Below are positions 24,472-35,413 of a DNA stretch of 64,000 bases, piece by piece. The notes under the pieces are model-generated. The model made no database searches. It saw only the letters and a program-made list of their open reading frames with translations, and was not told the DNA's origin. Every line of letters begins with the position of its first letter. The first letter of the stretch is position 1. The stretch covers positions 110,858,001-110,922,000 of the forward strand of contig NC_086108.1 in NCBI RefSeq assembly GCF_963921235.1, written 5' to 3'. Source of the stretch: Mobula hypostoma (Eukaryota). A program made the position numbers and the translations under genes.

Positions 24472-24718
24472 TGTTTTGTTTTGTAACTCGAAAACATAAA
24501 ACTAATTGCAAGAAAAAGATGGGAGCTCAGGAAAATAGGTCTTAATTTTGCTTATACTTTAAATGAGATGCATATGTATAACGTGGTAGCAGCATGACAT
24601 ATGCAATTCACTTATATTTACATATGATGTAATGAATTATTTAAATGAAAAGAATGCTTAATCAAACAATATATTTACAATATTTCTCAAATACTACTGA
24701 AATACTAAGTGCAGAACA
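24472..24718 (-). mobile_element. 5' LTR of the Gypsy element
   Basis: TG...CA termini, adjacent PBS, similarity to 15786-15900 and 58724-58961. Confidence 0.8.
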
Positions 24719-24719
24719 T

Positions 24720-25340
24720 TGAGGTGCTTGACAAAGTGGTCTTGCAATTTACATTGGGTCTCACAAATGTAGAGGAAGCTAGCTCGAGAGTTCCAGATAC
24801 AGTAGACGTTTCCAATAGATATGCAGGTGAAGTGTTGCCTCACCTAGCAGGACTGTTTGGGCCCTGAATGGAGGCAAGGGAGGAGGTGAATGGGCACCTG
24901 TAGCAGTTTTGCTGTTTCCAGGGTTAACTGCCAGGTGGGAGATAATTAGGAAGGGGAAGAATGGGCAGGGGAACCATGGAGGTAGACTTCCCTGCAGAAA
25001 GCGGAGAGTGGAGAGGAGGTATAGGTGTATTTGTTGCAGGGACCCATTGAAGATGGCAAAAGTTGCAGAGAATGCTGTGTTGGATGCAGAGGTTCATGGG
25101 GTTGTAAGTGAGGACAAGAGGAACTCTGTCACTGTCAAGGCAGTGGGAAGATGGTGTGAGCGCGGATGACCAGGAAATGGAGATGTGGGTGTTGGCACTA
25201 TTAATGGTGAAGGAAGGGAAGCCCTGTTTTTTGAAGAGGAGGATGTCTTTGATGTCCTGGAAAGGAATGCCTCATCCTGGGAACAGATGCAGCAGAGAAG
25301 AAGGATCTGAGAAAAGGGAATGGCATTTTTACAGGAGACA
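24720..25340 (-). mobile_element. degenerate Penelope-like fragment
   Basis: reverse-complement similarity to 8125-8500 (caggtgaagtgttgcctcacct...gactgtttggg). Confidence 0.7.
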
Positions 25341-25457
25341 AGGTGGGAATTGGTGGGATCATAAAAGCCTTGGGAATTGGTGGGTTCATAAAAGATATCA
25401 TAGACCGTTTACTTCTAGTGGGAAACTGACCCATTTTTCATGGTGATTCTCTTTTAG

Positions 25458-25511
25458 GTCAGAACAAAGCAAGAACTGGAACTCAAAGTGAAATCTTTCG
25501 CCCCTCCACAT
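25458..25511 (+). CDS. spata1: SPATA1 coding exon, phase 0 to 0
   Basis: cttttag acceptor, CAT|gtaggt donor, 54 nt; VRTKQELELKVKSFAPPH resembles SPATA1 VKEKQESELKLKSFAPPY. Confidence 0.92.
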
Positions 25512-25610
25512 GTAGGTACAGATACAGATTTTTCACACTCAGAATTTACTGAGCTGTTAAAATCTTCTGCCATTCCTCTGTTTATAACCGGTTCTACTTT
25601 AAACTTACAG

Positions 25611-26016
25611 GCTCCCCAACCAGAACTCTACCTTCTGCCCATTACAAGATTGGTTGCCAAGAGACAGACAAATAGCCCAGTGACACCAGGAACTCGGCAA
25701 AATCCTGTGGAAGTCTCAGAGTCCCATCTCTTACATCCAAGTCTGCCCCCGGAAGGCAGTGACTGCACAGGAGACTGTAAGTCTTCTGATTGCTTCTGCC
25801 AACTGTACGTTGCCAAGGAACAGGACAGGATCCATGCCTGTCAGACAGAGCGGATGCCTCGGAGTTCAAACCGAGAAGAAAACGCAACAGGAGCTGTTCA
25901 GAAAGTGGAGACACTGCAGTCTCCAAGGACACCGGAAGTAACTCGCATCGGCCCACCTCCGCTTCAGAGACCTGCAAGTACAAGCTCAGAAAACGGGGAT
26001 TTTAGGGAATTTAAAG
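25611..26016 (+). CDS. spata1: SPATA1 coding exon, phase 0 to 1 (3' boundary less certain)
   Basis: acttacag acceptor; starts APQPELYLLP (SPATA1 ALQPELYLLP); best donor AAG|gtaaag at 26017; phase fits the next exon. Confidence 0.8.
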
Positions 26017-26999
26017 GTAAAGATTATTCCTGGGAGATGGACAGGACAAAGAGTCTGGATGTGTACAGCACCTGGGAGCAGGAATCGTCACCTGGTAACA
26101 GTACAGAGCAATCCCATCGGAAAACAGCAAGGAGTCAACAGGATGACCATCAGACAGAGCAGCGGAGAAAAGGTTCTGAGACAAATATGTGAAATATGTT
26201 GGCACGGAAGAAGGTCATTTGATTTTCTGAGTGGATGCATTCATAAGGCTGTAAAACATGAGAGCAGAATTAGGCCATTCAGTCCATTGAGTCTGTTTCG
26301 CTATTCATTCATGGCTGATTTATTATTCCTCTCAACCCCATTCTCCTGCCTTCTCCCCATAACCTTTGATGCCCTGACTAATCCCGAACCTATCAACTTC
26401 TGCTTTAAATACAAATTCTACAGATTCACCACCCCTTGGCTGAAGAAATTCATCCTCAACCCTGTTCTAAATGAGGCTGTGCTGTCTGCTCCTAGACTCC
26501 TCCACTATAGGAAAATCCTCTCTATGCCCACTCTATCTAGGCCTTTCAATATTTGATAGGTTTCAATGAGAACCCTCCTCATTCTTCTAAACTCTAGCCA
26601 GTACAGGCCCAGAGCCTTCAAACACTCCTCATGTGCTAACCCCTTTGTTTCCGGAATCATAGCCATTATGTCACACAGCGCAGAAACAGGCCCTTTAGCC
26701 CATCTAGTCTCTGCCAACCATGTTGTCTCCAAACTATTCCCAGTTGACAAAATTTGGCCCTTGTCCCCCTGAATTCTCTCCCTGTAGCACTTAACAGAAT
26801 CTCTGTTGTATGTTGATAGGCACGTGGGATGATAGAAAAATAGGGAAGGATATGGGAGGGAATGGTTCGATTGATCTTAGAGTAGGTGAAAAGACTACTC
26901 TACTTTACTTGGATTTTCAGAAGACCTTTGACAAGGTTCCAGTCATGAGGCTGCTTAACAAGGTAAGAGCCCAGGGTATTACAGGGAAGATTCTAGCAT

Positions 27000-27660
27000 G
27001 AATCCCCAAACAGTCCTTCCAGGTGAGACGACACTTCACCTGTGAGTCTGTTGGGGTTATATACTGTGTTCGGTGCTCCCAGTGTGGCCTGCTTTATACC
27101 GGTGAGACCTGATGTAGATTGGGAGACCGCTTCGCCGAGCATCTACGCTCTGTCTGCCAGAACAATTGGGATCTTCTAGTGGCCACCCATTTTAATTCCA
27201 CTTCCCATTCCCATTCCGATATGTTCCATCAGGTTGGAGGAACAACAACTTATATTCTGTTTGGTAGCCTCCAACCTGATGGCATGAAAACATCAATTTC
27301 TCAAAATTCTGGTAATGCCACCCCCCCCCTTCACCTTTTCCCTCTCTCATGTTATCTCCTTGCCCGCCCATCACCTCCCTCTGGTGTTCCTCCACCCCCT
27401 CCCATTCCATGGCCTTCTGGCTCTTTCACCAATCAACTTCATAGCTCTTTGCTGCATCCCTCCCCCGCCAGGTCTCACCTATTGCCTGGTGTTTCTGTCT
27501 CCCCTCCCCCCACCTTTCATCTTTTTTCTCCAGTCCTGTTGAAGGGTTTTGGCCCAAAATGTCAACTATGCTTTTTTTTTTCCATAGATGCTGCCTGGCC
27601 TGCTGAATTCCTCCAGCATTTTGTGTGTGTTGCTTAGATTTCCAGCATCTGCAGATTTTC
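27000..27660 (+). mobile_element. Penelope-like GIY-YIG fragment with tail
   Basis: GDRFAEHLRSV...HFNSTSHSH; similar to the 8300-9060 copy. Confidence 0.82.
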
Positions 27661-27856
27661 TCTTGGTTATTGATAGAGTATTGGCTGATTGGCAGGAGGC
27701 AAAGAGTGGGAATAAAAGGAGCCTTTTCTGGTTGGCTACTGGTGAATACTGGTGTTCTGCAGGGGTCGGTGTTGGGCCCACTGCTTTCCACGTTGATTTG
27801 GATGGTGGAATTGATGACCCTGTGGCCAAATTTGCAGACTGCGTGAAGATAGGTGT

Positions 27857-28723
27857 ATATCTGAAGAGAGCTGGAGGATTATTTTAAAATTGGTTAATTC
27901 TTCATCATTATGTGCTCGTCATTATTTATTACAATTCAAAATGGTACTTAGAGTTCATATGTCTAAAGACAAGCTCTCCCGTTTCTACACAGATATTTCC
28001 CCTTACTGTGATAGATATATTAATGGAGTGGCCACACTAATTCATATGTTTTGGACATGTCTGAGCCTTGAAAAATTTTGGAAAGATGTATTTCAAACTT
28101 TTTCTATACCTTTCATTGTCAGCTTTAAGCCCAATCCTTTAGACTGCCATGTTTGGTATTGTTGAGGATAGTGCAACAAAATATCCAATTTGCGGGTATT
28201 GGCCTTTATGTCTCTTATGGCCAGGAGGGTGATCTTGCTCAGGTGGAAGGAGCCCCCCGCCCCCGGCCCACTCATGCTCGATGCTGTCTGATGTTATGTT
28301 GTGCCTTGATCTGGAGAAGATTCGTTGTTCGATTTCTGATTCTAAACATGATTTTCTAATGTTATGGGGACCCTTTCTGAGTTATTTTCATAATCTTTGA
28401 ACTGTTATTAAAGTATGGATCTGAGCCATTATTATTATAATATCATATAGTAAGGTATTCTTCTTTTTTCTTTTTTGTTTTACCAGCCAGCTCATTTTGG
28501 TAGTGGGGGTGGATTTTTTCAATAAAATACAATGATTTTATTTTATTTCATTTCATAATTCGATCTTTTTTTTACATGGTTGATTTGGAATATGGGATAC
28601 TGTGATCATATTACTGTGATTTAAATGTAATGTAATTCGTATTATTTACTTGTATCCTTATGAATTTTGTATTTGTATTCATGCAATTATATAATGTCAA
28701 TAAAAATATTGAAAAAAGAAAAA
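27857..28723 (+). mobile_element. 5'-truncated L1 inserted in a CR1 fragment
   Basis: LLQFKMVLRVH...CDR...LIHMFWTC; AATAAA plus A-tail; TSD aagataggtgt (27846-27856, 28724-28734). Confidence 0.88.
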
Positions 28724-30273
28724 AAGATAGGTGTCGGGGCAGGTAGTGTTGAGGAAGCAGAGAGACTGTGGAAAGCCTTGGGGAAACGGACAAAGAAGTA
28801 GCAGACGGAATATAGTGTAGGGAAGTCAATGGTTTTGCACTCGGGTGTTGTGTCCCTTTAGAATAGATAAGGAGGAGTTTCTTTATCCAGAAGGTGGTGA
28901 ATCTGTGGAATTCATTGCTACAGACAGCTGTGGAGGCCAAGTCATTGAGTATACAGTATATAAAGTGGAAGTTTATAGGTTCTTGATCGGTCAGGGCATC
29001 AAAGGTTATGGGGAGATGGCAGGAAAATGAGGTTGAGAGGATAATAAATAAGCCATGATGGAATGGTGGAGCAGACTCAATGGACTGAATGGCTAATTCT
29101 GGTCCTAATTCTTATGGTTTTATGGATTAAAGGGTTAGCACAATATCATGGACTGAAGGACCTCTACTGTGCTGTTATGTTCTATGAAAATGCCCAGCAG
29201 GGAATTAGAAATCATGTGACTAGATAGACTGGGTGGTGAAGGCAGCATCTGACACACTGGCCTTCATCAGTCAGGGAGCTGAGTATAGAAGTAGGAATGT
29301 TATTTCATTGTTGTACTGACCTTCGTGAGACCCCACTTGGAGTAATTTACAACCTGGATAACTGCCTTATTAAAACAGCTTCATGATCGTAGCTGTCATG
29401 TTCCAGGTCTCTGAAATTCCTCAGATTCACCACCCTCTGGTGAGAGAAATTCCTCCTCATCTCTGCTGTAGCGGGATGTCCTTCTATTCTGAGTCTCTAC
29501 CCTCTGGTCCTAGACTTCCTCACTGTAGGAAACATCCTCTCCTCATCCACCCTAGGCCTTTCAATATTTAATAGGGTTCAATGAGACCTCCCCCTCATTC
29601 TTCTAAATTCCAACGAGTACAGGCCCTTGGTCTGGTCAAGGGTGCAGGGCAGTCTGCTAAAGTTGCGGGAAAAGTGTTATTTGAACTTCCAGAGAGTATT
29701 CTTGCTCCTGGCATTGAAAAGTGGTGGGGATGGTTTGATACAAATAGGGTCGCAGACTTTGGGTGGAGTGCCTTCATGGGACCTTGTGTCTCCAGGGGAC
29801 ACACTGCTCTTGATTCAGCTGCCAGTTATGGCACCCTGCCCAATTACCTTTGGGGAGGTTTACCAGAACGCTGGCTCAACCAGAGGGCGTGTGCTACAGT
29901 GAGAGACTGGACAAACCGGGGTTGTCTTCTCTGGAGTGGCAGAGGCTGCGGGGAGATCTGATAGAGGTTTGTAAGAGGCATAGATACAGTAGGTAAGGAG
30001 TACCTGTTTCCCAAGGCTGATTTGTCTAATACTAGAGGTCTTGCATTAAGGTGGGAGGGGGTAATTTCAAAGGAGATGTGAGGACAAGTTTTTTTTACAC
30101 AGAGAGTGGTGGGTGTCTGGAACGTGCTCTCTGGGGTGGAGGTAGGGGCAGATATATTAGAGACTTTTATGAGACATTTAGATAGGCACATGAGTGTGAG
30201 GAAATGGAAGGATATGGACGTTGTGTAAGCAGAAGGAATTAGTCTATTTGGCCATTTAATTGGTTTGGCACAA

Positions 30274-30312
<39 letters not shown>

Positions 30313-30542
30313 TGTGTGCTTGGATTTCCAGCATCTTCAGATTTTCTCGTGTTTGTGGCTCTTTGTTGGTCCTATGACCTGAATGTGACAGAAGAGGGCA
30401 TACTGGGGGACATCCTCACTGGAGCTCAGAAACTCCCGAGTCAGGTGGGAGTGAGACTGATCTGACAGTTTGAAAGATAGGTTAACTAATTGTACAAAGA
30501 TAATTTGATATTCTTCTTATTGCACTTGAACCTTTTTAATAG

Positions 30543-30681
30543 ACATTTCCTCCGTGGGAGAGCGACAGATGCCTATTCTGAAGTACAGCAGGATTCACAG
30601 TAACAACACTATGGATTCAGGAATTCCGGAATCACTGGATGACAGGGATTTGGAGTACTTAGAAAATCAAAGAAAAAAGAG
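30543..30681 (+). CDS. spata1: SPATA1 coding exon, phase 1 to 2
   Basis: tttttaatag acceptor, AG|gtatct donor; (D)ISSVGERQMPILKYSRIHSNNTMDSGIPESLDDRDLEYLENQRKK; unique sequence, open frame. Confidence 0.8.
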
Positions 30682-32105
30682 GTATCTTTAATTAGAAATC
30701 CCACCATTGATGGATGTTGTATGTAATATTACTGTATGTGAGGCAGAGCTAGGGCAGATAGAGTTTGTTACTCATAGTATGTAGAAAATCGTAGATTAAA
30801 GTGGACTGAGGAGTGGCAGATGGATTTCAAAGTTCAAAGTTAATTCATTATCAGAGTATATATGTGTCACCATGTACAACCCTGAGATTAATTTTTGTGC
30901 AGGCGTTCACAGTAGATACAAAGAACACAATAGAATCAATGAAAGACTGTACCCAACAGCACAGGCAAACAACCAGTGTGCGAAAAAAAACTGTGCAAAT
31001 ACCAAACGAAAGAAAAAAAAGAAATAATAATAATAAATAAAAAAGCAATAACTATTGAGGACATGAGATGAAGAGTCCTTAAAAGTGAGTCCGTAGATTG
31101 TGGGAACATTTCAGTGATAGGGCGAGTGAAGTTATCCCTTCTGGTTCAAGAGCCTGATGGTTGAGGGGTAGTAACTGTTCCTGAACCTGGTGGTTTGGGT
31201 CCTGAGGCTCCTTCCCAATGGCAGTGGTGAGAAGAGAGCGTGGCCTAGATAATGGGAGTCCTTGATGACGGATGCTGATTTTGATGAAGGTATGTGTGTG
31301 GTGATGCATTTTGGAAATTCAAACCACCTTATACTATGAATGGTAGTGCACTAGAGAGTGTAATGGAACGGGGGGATTAGGAGGACATGTGGATAGTTCA
31401 GTACAAGTGGTGTCACATGTAGACAGTATAGGCATTTAGCACCTTGGCCCTCATCTGTCAGGACACTTGAGTACAGGAGCTGGGACATTGCGGTGCAGTT
31501 GTACAAGTCGTTAGTGAGACGACACTTGGAATATAGTGTCTCCTTGTTATAGGAAAGATATCGTTCAACTGGAAAGAGTGTAGGGAAGATTTTCAAAGAT
31601 GTTGCTGGGACTACAAGGAGACGTTGACCACATTAGGTCTTTATTCCTTGGAACATCGGAGAATGGGATGACCTAGTAGAAGTGGGATAGATAACATGGA
31701 TGGTAACAATCTTTACCCCAGGGTAGGGGTCTCTATGCTGAGCAAAATATCCATCTAAGCTAGTCATCCTATTTGCTCCTGGTGGCATATATTCATCTAA
31801 ACCTCCCCTGTCCATGTACCTGTTGTATATTGTGTTATAATCTATCTGCCTCAACCACTTCCTCTGACAGCTTGTTCCATATACTTACCACCCCCGAATT
31901 ATAAAGTTCCTATTAAATCTCTCCCCTCCCACCTTAAACCTATGCCCTCTCGATCTTGATTCTTCAACCCTGGGACTTTCTGTAGAGTGTACGCACAGCA
32001 GGTATATTGCATTGGTGATGGGTAAGAGACATTTCCAGGTGTTGGATGGGGTGCCAATGAGTTTGTAAAAAAAAATTCAGAAAATATGGTAATCTTTTTT
32101 TGCAG

Positions 32106-32160
32106 TCAACAAGCGAATCAGGGTCCAGTATCTCGAAATGTTGAAGAGGAAACCAGCCAG
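32106..32160 (+). CDS. spata1: SPATA1 small coding exon, phase 2 to 0
   Basis: strong T-rich ttgcag acceptor, CAG|gtactg donor; (S)QQANQGPVSRNVEEETSQ; supplies the phase change needed between the flanking exons. Confidence 0.72.
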
Positions 32161-33763
32161 GTACTGTAATTTCATGGACTTTGATTTCCCTGCAATTTCT
32201 GTGTTTTACATAATTAGATTGTTCTCTCTTTTTTAAACCTGGTATCACTTCACAGTGTGTGAATGCATAACACGCAAATAGATGGGTCCATTAATCCATA
32301 AGACCGTTAGACATACAAACAGAATCAAGCAACACACACAAAATGCTGGTGAACACAGCAGGCCAGGCAGCATCAATAGGAAGAGGTACAGTCGACGTTT
32401 CGGGCCGAGACCCTTTGTCAGGACTAACTGAAAGAAGAGATAGTAAGAGATTTGAAAGTGGGAGGGGGAGAGGGAGATCCGAAATGATAGAAGACAGGAG
32501 GGAGAGGGATGAAGCCAAGAACTGGGAAGTCGATTGGCAAAAGGGATATAAGGCTGGAGAAGGGAGAGGGTCATGGGACGGGAGGCCTAGGGAGAAAGAA
32601 AGGGGGAGGGGAGCCCAGAACAACAGAATCAAGCCATTTTCCCATCCAATCTGCTCTGCTACTCCACTATGGCCGATTTATTATCCCTCTCAACCCCATT
32701 CTCCTGCCTTCTCCCCATAACCTTTTGAAATCCTGACTAATCAAGAACCTATCAATCTCTGCTTTAAGTATACCCAGTGACTTGGCCTCCAAAACCATCT
32801 GTGGCAATGAATTCCATAAATTCAGTACTTCTGGCTAAACAGTTCCTCTTAATGTCTGTTATAAATGATGTCCTTTTATTCTGAGGCTGTGCCCTCTGGT
32901 CCTAGATTCCCTCACCACAGGAAACATCCTCTCCACAACCACTCTATCTCGGCTTTTCAATATTCAATAGGTTTCAATGAGATTCCCCCTCAATCTTCTA
33001 AACTCCAGCGAGTACAGCGCCAGAGCCATCAAACACTCCTCATACATGAACCCTTTTATGCACAGGATCACTTTCGTGAACCTCCTCTTGACCCTTTGCA
33101 ATACCAGCACATCCTTGGGAATGGAGTAGTTATGATATCCAAGGAGCTGAGCTAATTCCTCTGGCAGTCTGGAAACTCCCCTTGGATTGGGTGCAACACC
33201 AATTTTGTGCACCTGATCCCATCCATTTCCTTGACTTCCATATTCAGCTGGTTTGAGTGGTGTCTGACGTCAGTAAGACCAAGGAACTGACTGTGGACTT
33301 CCAGATGGGGAAGTTGGGAGAACACACAGCAAACCTCATCAAGGGGTCAGTGGTGGAAAGGGTGAGTAGCTTCAAGTTCCTAGGCATCACAACTCGGAAG
33401 ATTTATCCCAGGGTCATAGAAAAGTACAGCTTATTTACATCTTATTTACATCTTCCTGGGCTCAATACATTAATGCAATTATAAAGAAGGCACAACAATG
33501 GCTCTATTCTGTTTGGAGTTTGAGTGAATCTCCTCTGCATGCTCTCCACTGTAATCATGTCCTTCTATATGACATACTAGGAGTCAATTCAGCCCATTGA
33601 GGTTATGTTGGTTTGAAGAGAAATCACTTGCCCTTCTAGTTTTCCCTGAAACCTGATCTCCCCAGATTCATCAACTCCTCAGCCACCACCCCTCCACTGG
33701 CATTCTGTCATTTATCTTTATAGATTAGACTAACTTAATTTGTCACTTGTACGTTGATATATA

Positions 33764-34410
33764 CAGTACTGTGCAAAAGTCTCAGGTACATACATATAGC
33801 TAGGATACCTAAGACTTTTGCACAGTCCTGTAGGTGTCAACGTGGAGTGGAGAGAAAGTTTGTAAATCTGATGGGAGCAAAGGATGTTGGGAATGGCAAG
33901 GGTGAAGTGCCATGCGAGGGGTGTGGGAAAGATAGATAGACATACTTTATTGATCCTGAGGGAAATTAGGTAAAGATGGCAGAGAAGGAGTGCCAGGAGC
34001 ACAGTGGGGCGGGGGGGGGTTAAGGGTAGTGCAGGTGCAGACACACCCAACCCTGAGACACCAGGCAAAGACATTTCATTCCAAATAATTGGTTTATTGA
34101 TCACTACAGAATGTCTCTCTGGTGCTTCCTGCTTCCTCCCCCTATTCCCTAACCATGATTCCCCTCTCCCTGCCCCCTTCCCACTCTCAGTCCACCATAG
34201 AGACCCGTATCAGAATCAGGTTTATCATCACTCACATGTCATGCTGAAGGAATTTGGCCTGAAACGTCGACTGTACTCTTTTCCTTGATGCTGCCTGGCC
34301 TGCTGAGTTCTTCCAGCATTTTGTGTGTGTTGCTCGGATTTCCAGCACCTGCAGATTTTCTCTGGTTTATCATATTAAGACATGTCATGAAATTTGTATT
34401 TTTTGCCTCA

Positions 34411-34459
<49 letters not shown>

Positions 34460-34474
34460 AGACTTTTGCACAGT
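33764..34474. mobile_element. composite Tc1/mariner-like MITE (hairpin-cargo-hairpin)
   Basis: TA|CAGTACTGTGCAAAAGTCT...AGACTTTTGCACAGTCCTG|TA at 33764-33830; partial TIR at 34458-34474; interrupts a host SINE. Confidence 0.7.
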
Positions 34475-34750
34475 GAAATGCTTCATTTGTGTCAATGACT
34501 AACACAGTCCAAGGGTATACTGGGGTAGCCCACAAGTGTCACTCTGCTTCCAGTATCAACGTAGCCTGCCTACGGCTTACTAACCTTTGGAATGTGGGAG
34601 GGAATCTGAGTACCCAGAGGAAATCCATGTGGTCATGGGGAGAATGTACAGACAATGGTGGAAATTGAACCCGGAATGATGATTGCAGGTGTTGTAAAGT
34701 GCTACACTAACCACTATGCTACAAGGCCACTCTCCCTGTGAAGCAAACAG

Positions 34751-34810
34751 CCAGTCAGTACAAAAAGAGCAGTGAATTATGAGGATTTGCAGTCAGATGC
34801 ACGTGTACAG
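34751..34810 (+). CDS. spata1: candidate 60-nt symmetric (cassette) SPATA1 exon
   Basis: caaacag acceptor, CAG|gtgtac donor, open PVSTKRAVNYEDLQSDARVQ, phase 0 to 0; splice sites weak and exon not needed for frame. Confidence 0.4.
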
Positions 34811-35197
34811 GTGTACGGTGCTCAGGTGCAATGAGAACTTCTGTATGACTCATTAGGCAGCAGCATTTCAGGTACAGACCATTAAGGACACAACATTCAT
34901 AAACAAACTAAAACGCACTCTACAAAAACACAATTAGATCAAAAAATTCCATTGCAGTGTAAAGTGATGAAAGTAGTTATATTGTTAAACTCTGGTGAGT
35001 AGCCTAAAGTCCCACTCCTCCAGGTTCAAGAACCAAATGGTTGAAGGGAAGCGGCTGTTCTTAAACCTGGCGGTGTGGGACTTTAGGCTTCTGTAACTCC
35101 TACTCAGTGGTAGCTGTGAGAAGAATTACAGCCCACCTCTTCTTCCTTTGTGCCTTTGACCTGTTCTCTGATTCAAGTTGTTTGTGAGTGTGTGAGA

Positions 35198-35229
<32 letters not shown>

Positions 35230-35292
35230 GCTTGAGACAAACCATTTCTCAACAAAGTTATATTGGTTTATGTTCTTCTCTTCACCACCTAG

Positions 35293-35413
35293 ATGCCAGG
35301 AGGCTGCAGCGAATTAAATTATCCAGTAGGTGAGAAGGAGTATTCTCTTCCTCTTCCTCCTCCCCCACCTCTCCTGACTGCCACTGGACAACGATCCCAG
35401 CTCCCAACAGAGA
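35293..35413 (+). CDS. spata1: SPATA1 coding exon, phase 0 to 1
   Basis: pyrimidine tract plus cctag acceptor, A|gtgagt donor; MPGGCSELNYPVGEKEYSLPLPPPPPLLTATGQRSQLPTE; the other two frames are closed. Confidence 0.82.

Noticed and set aside
25488..26192. Standalone 234-aa single-exon gene
   Set aside because: Starts at GTG and is explained by two SPATA1 exons joined through a 99-nt intron
29628..29905. Unassigned 280-bp segment with several open frames between CR1 fragments
   Set aside because: No recognisable motif, convincing splice sites or termini; I cannot support a call
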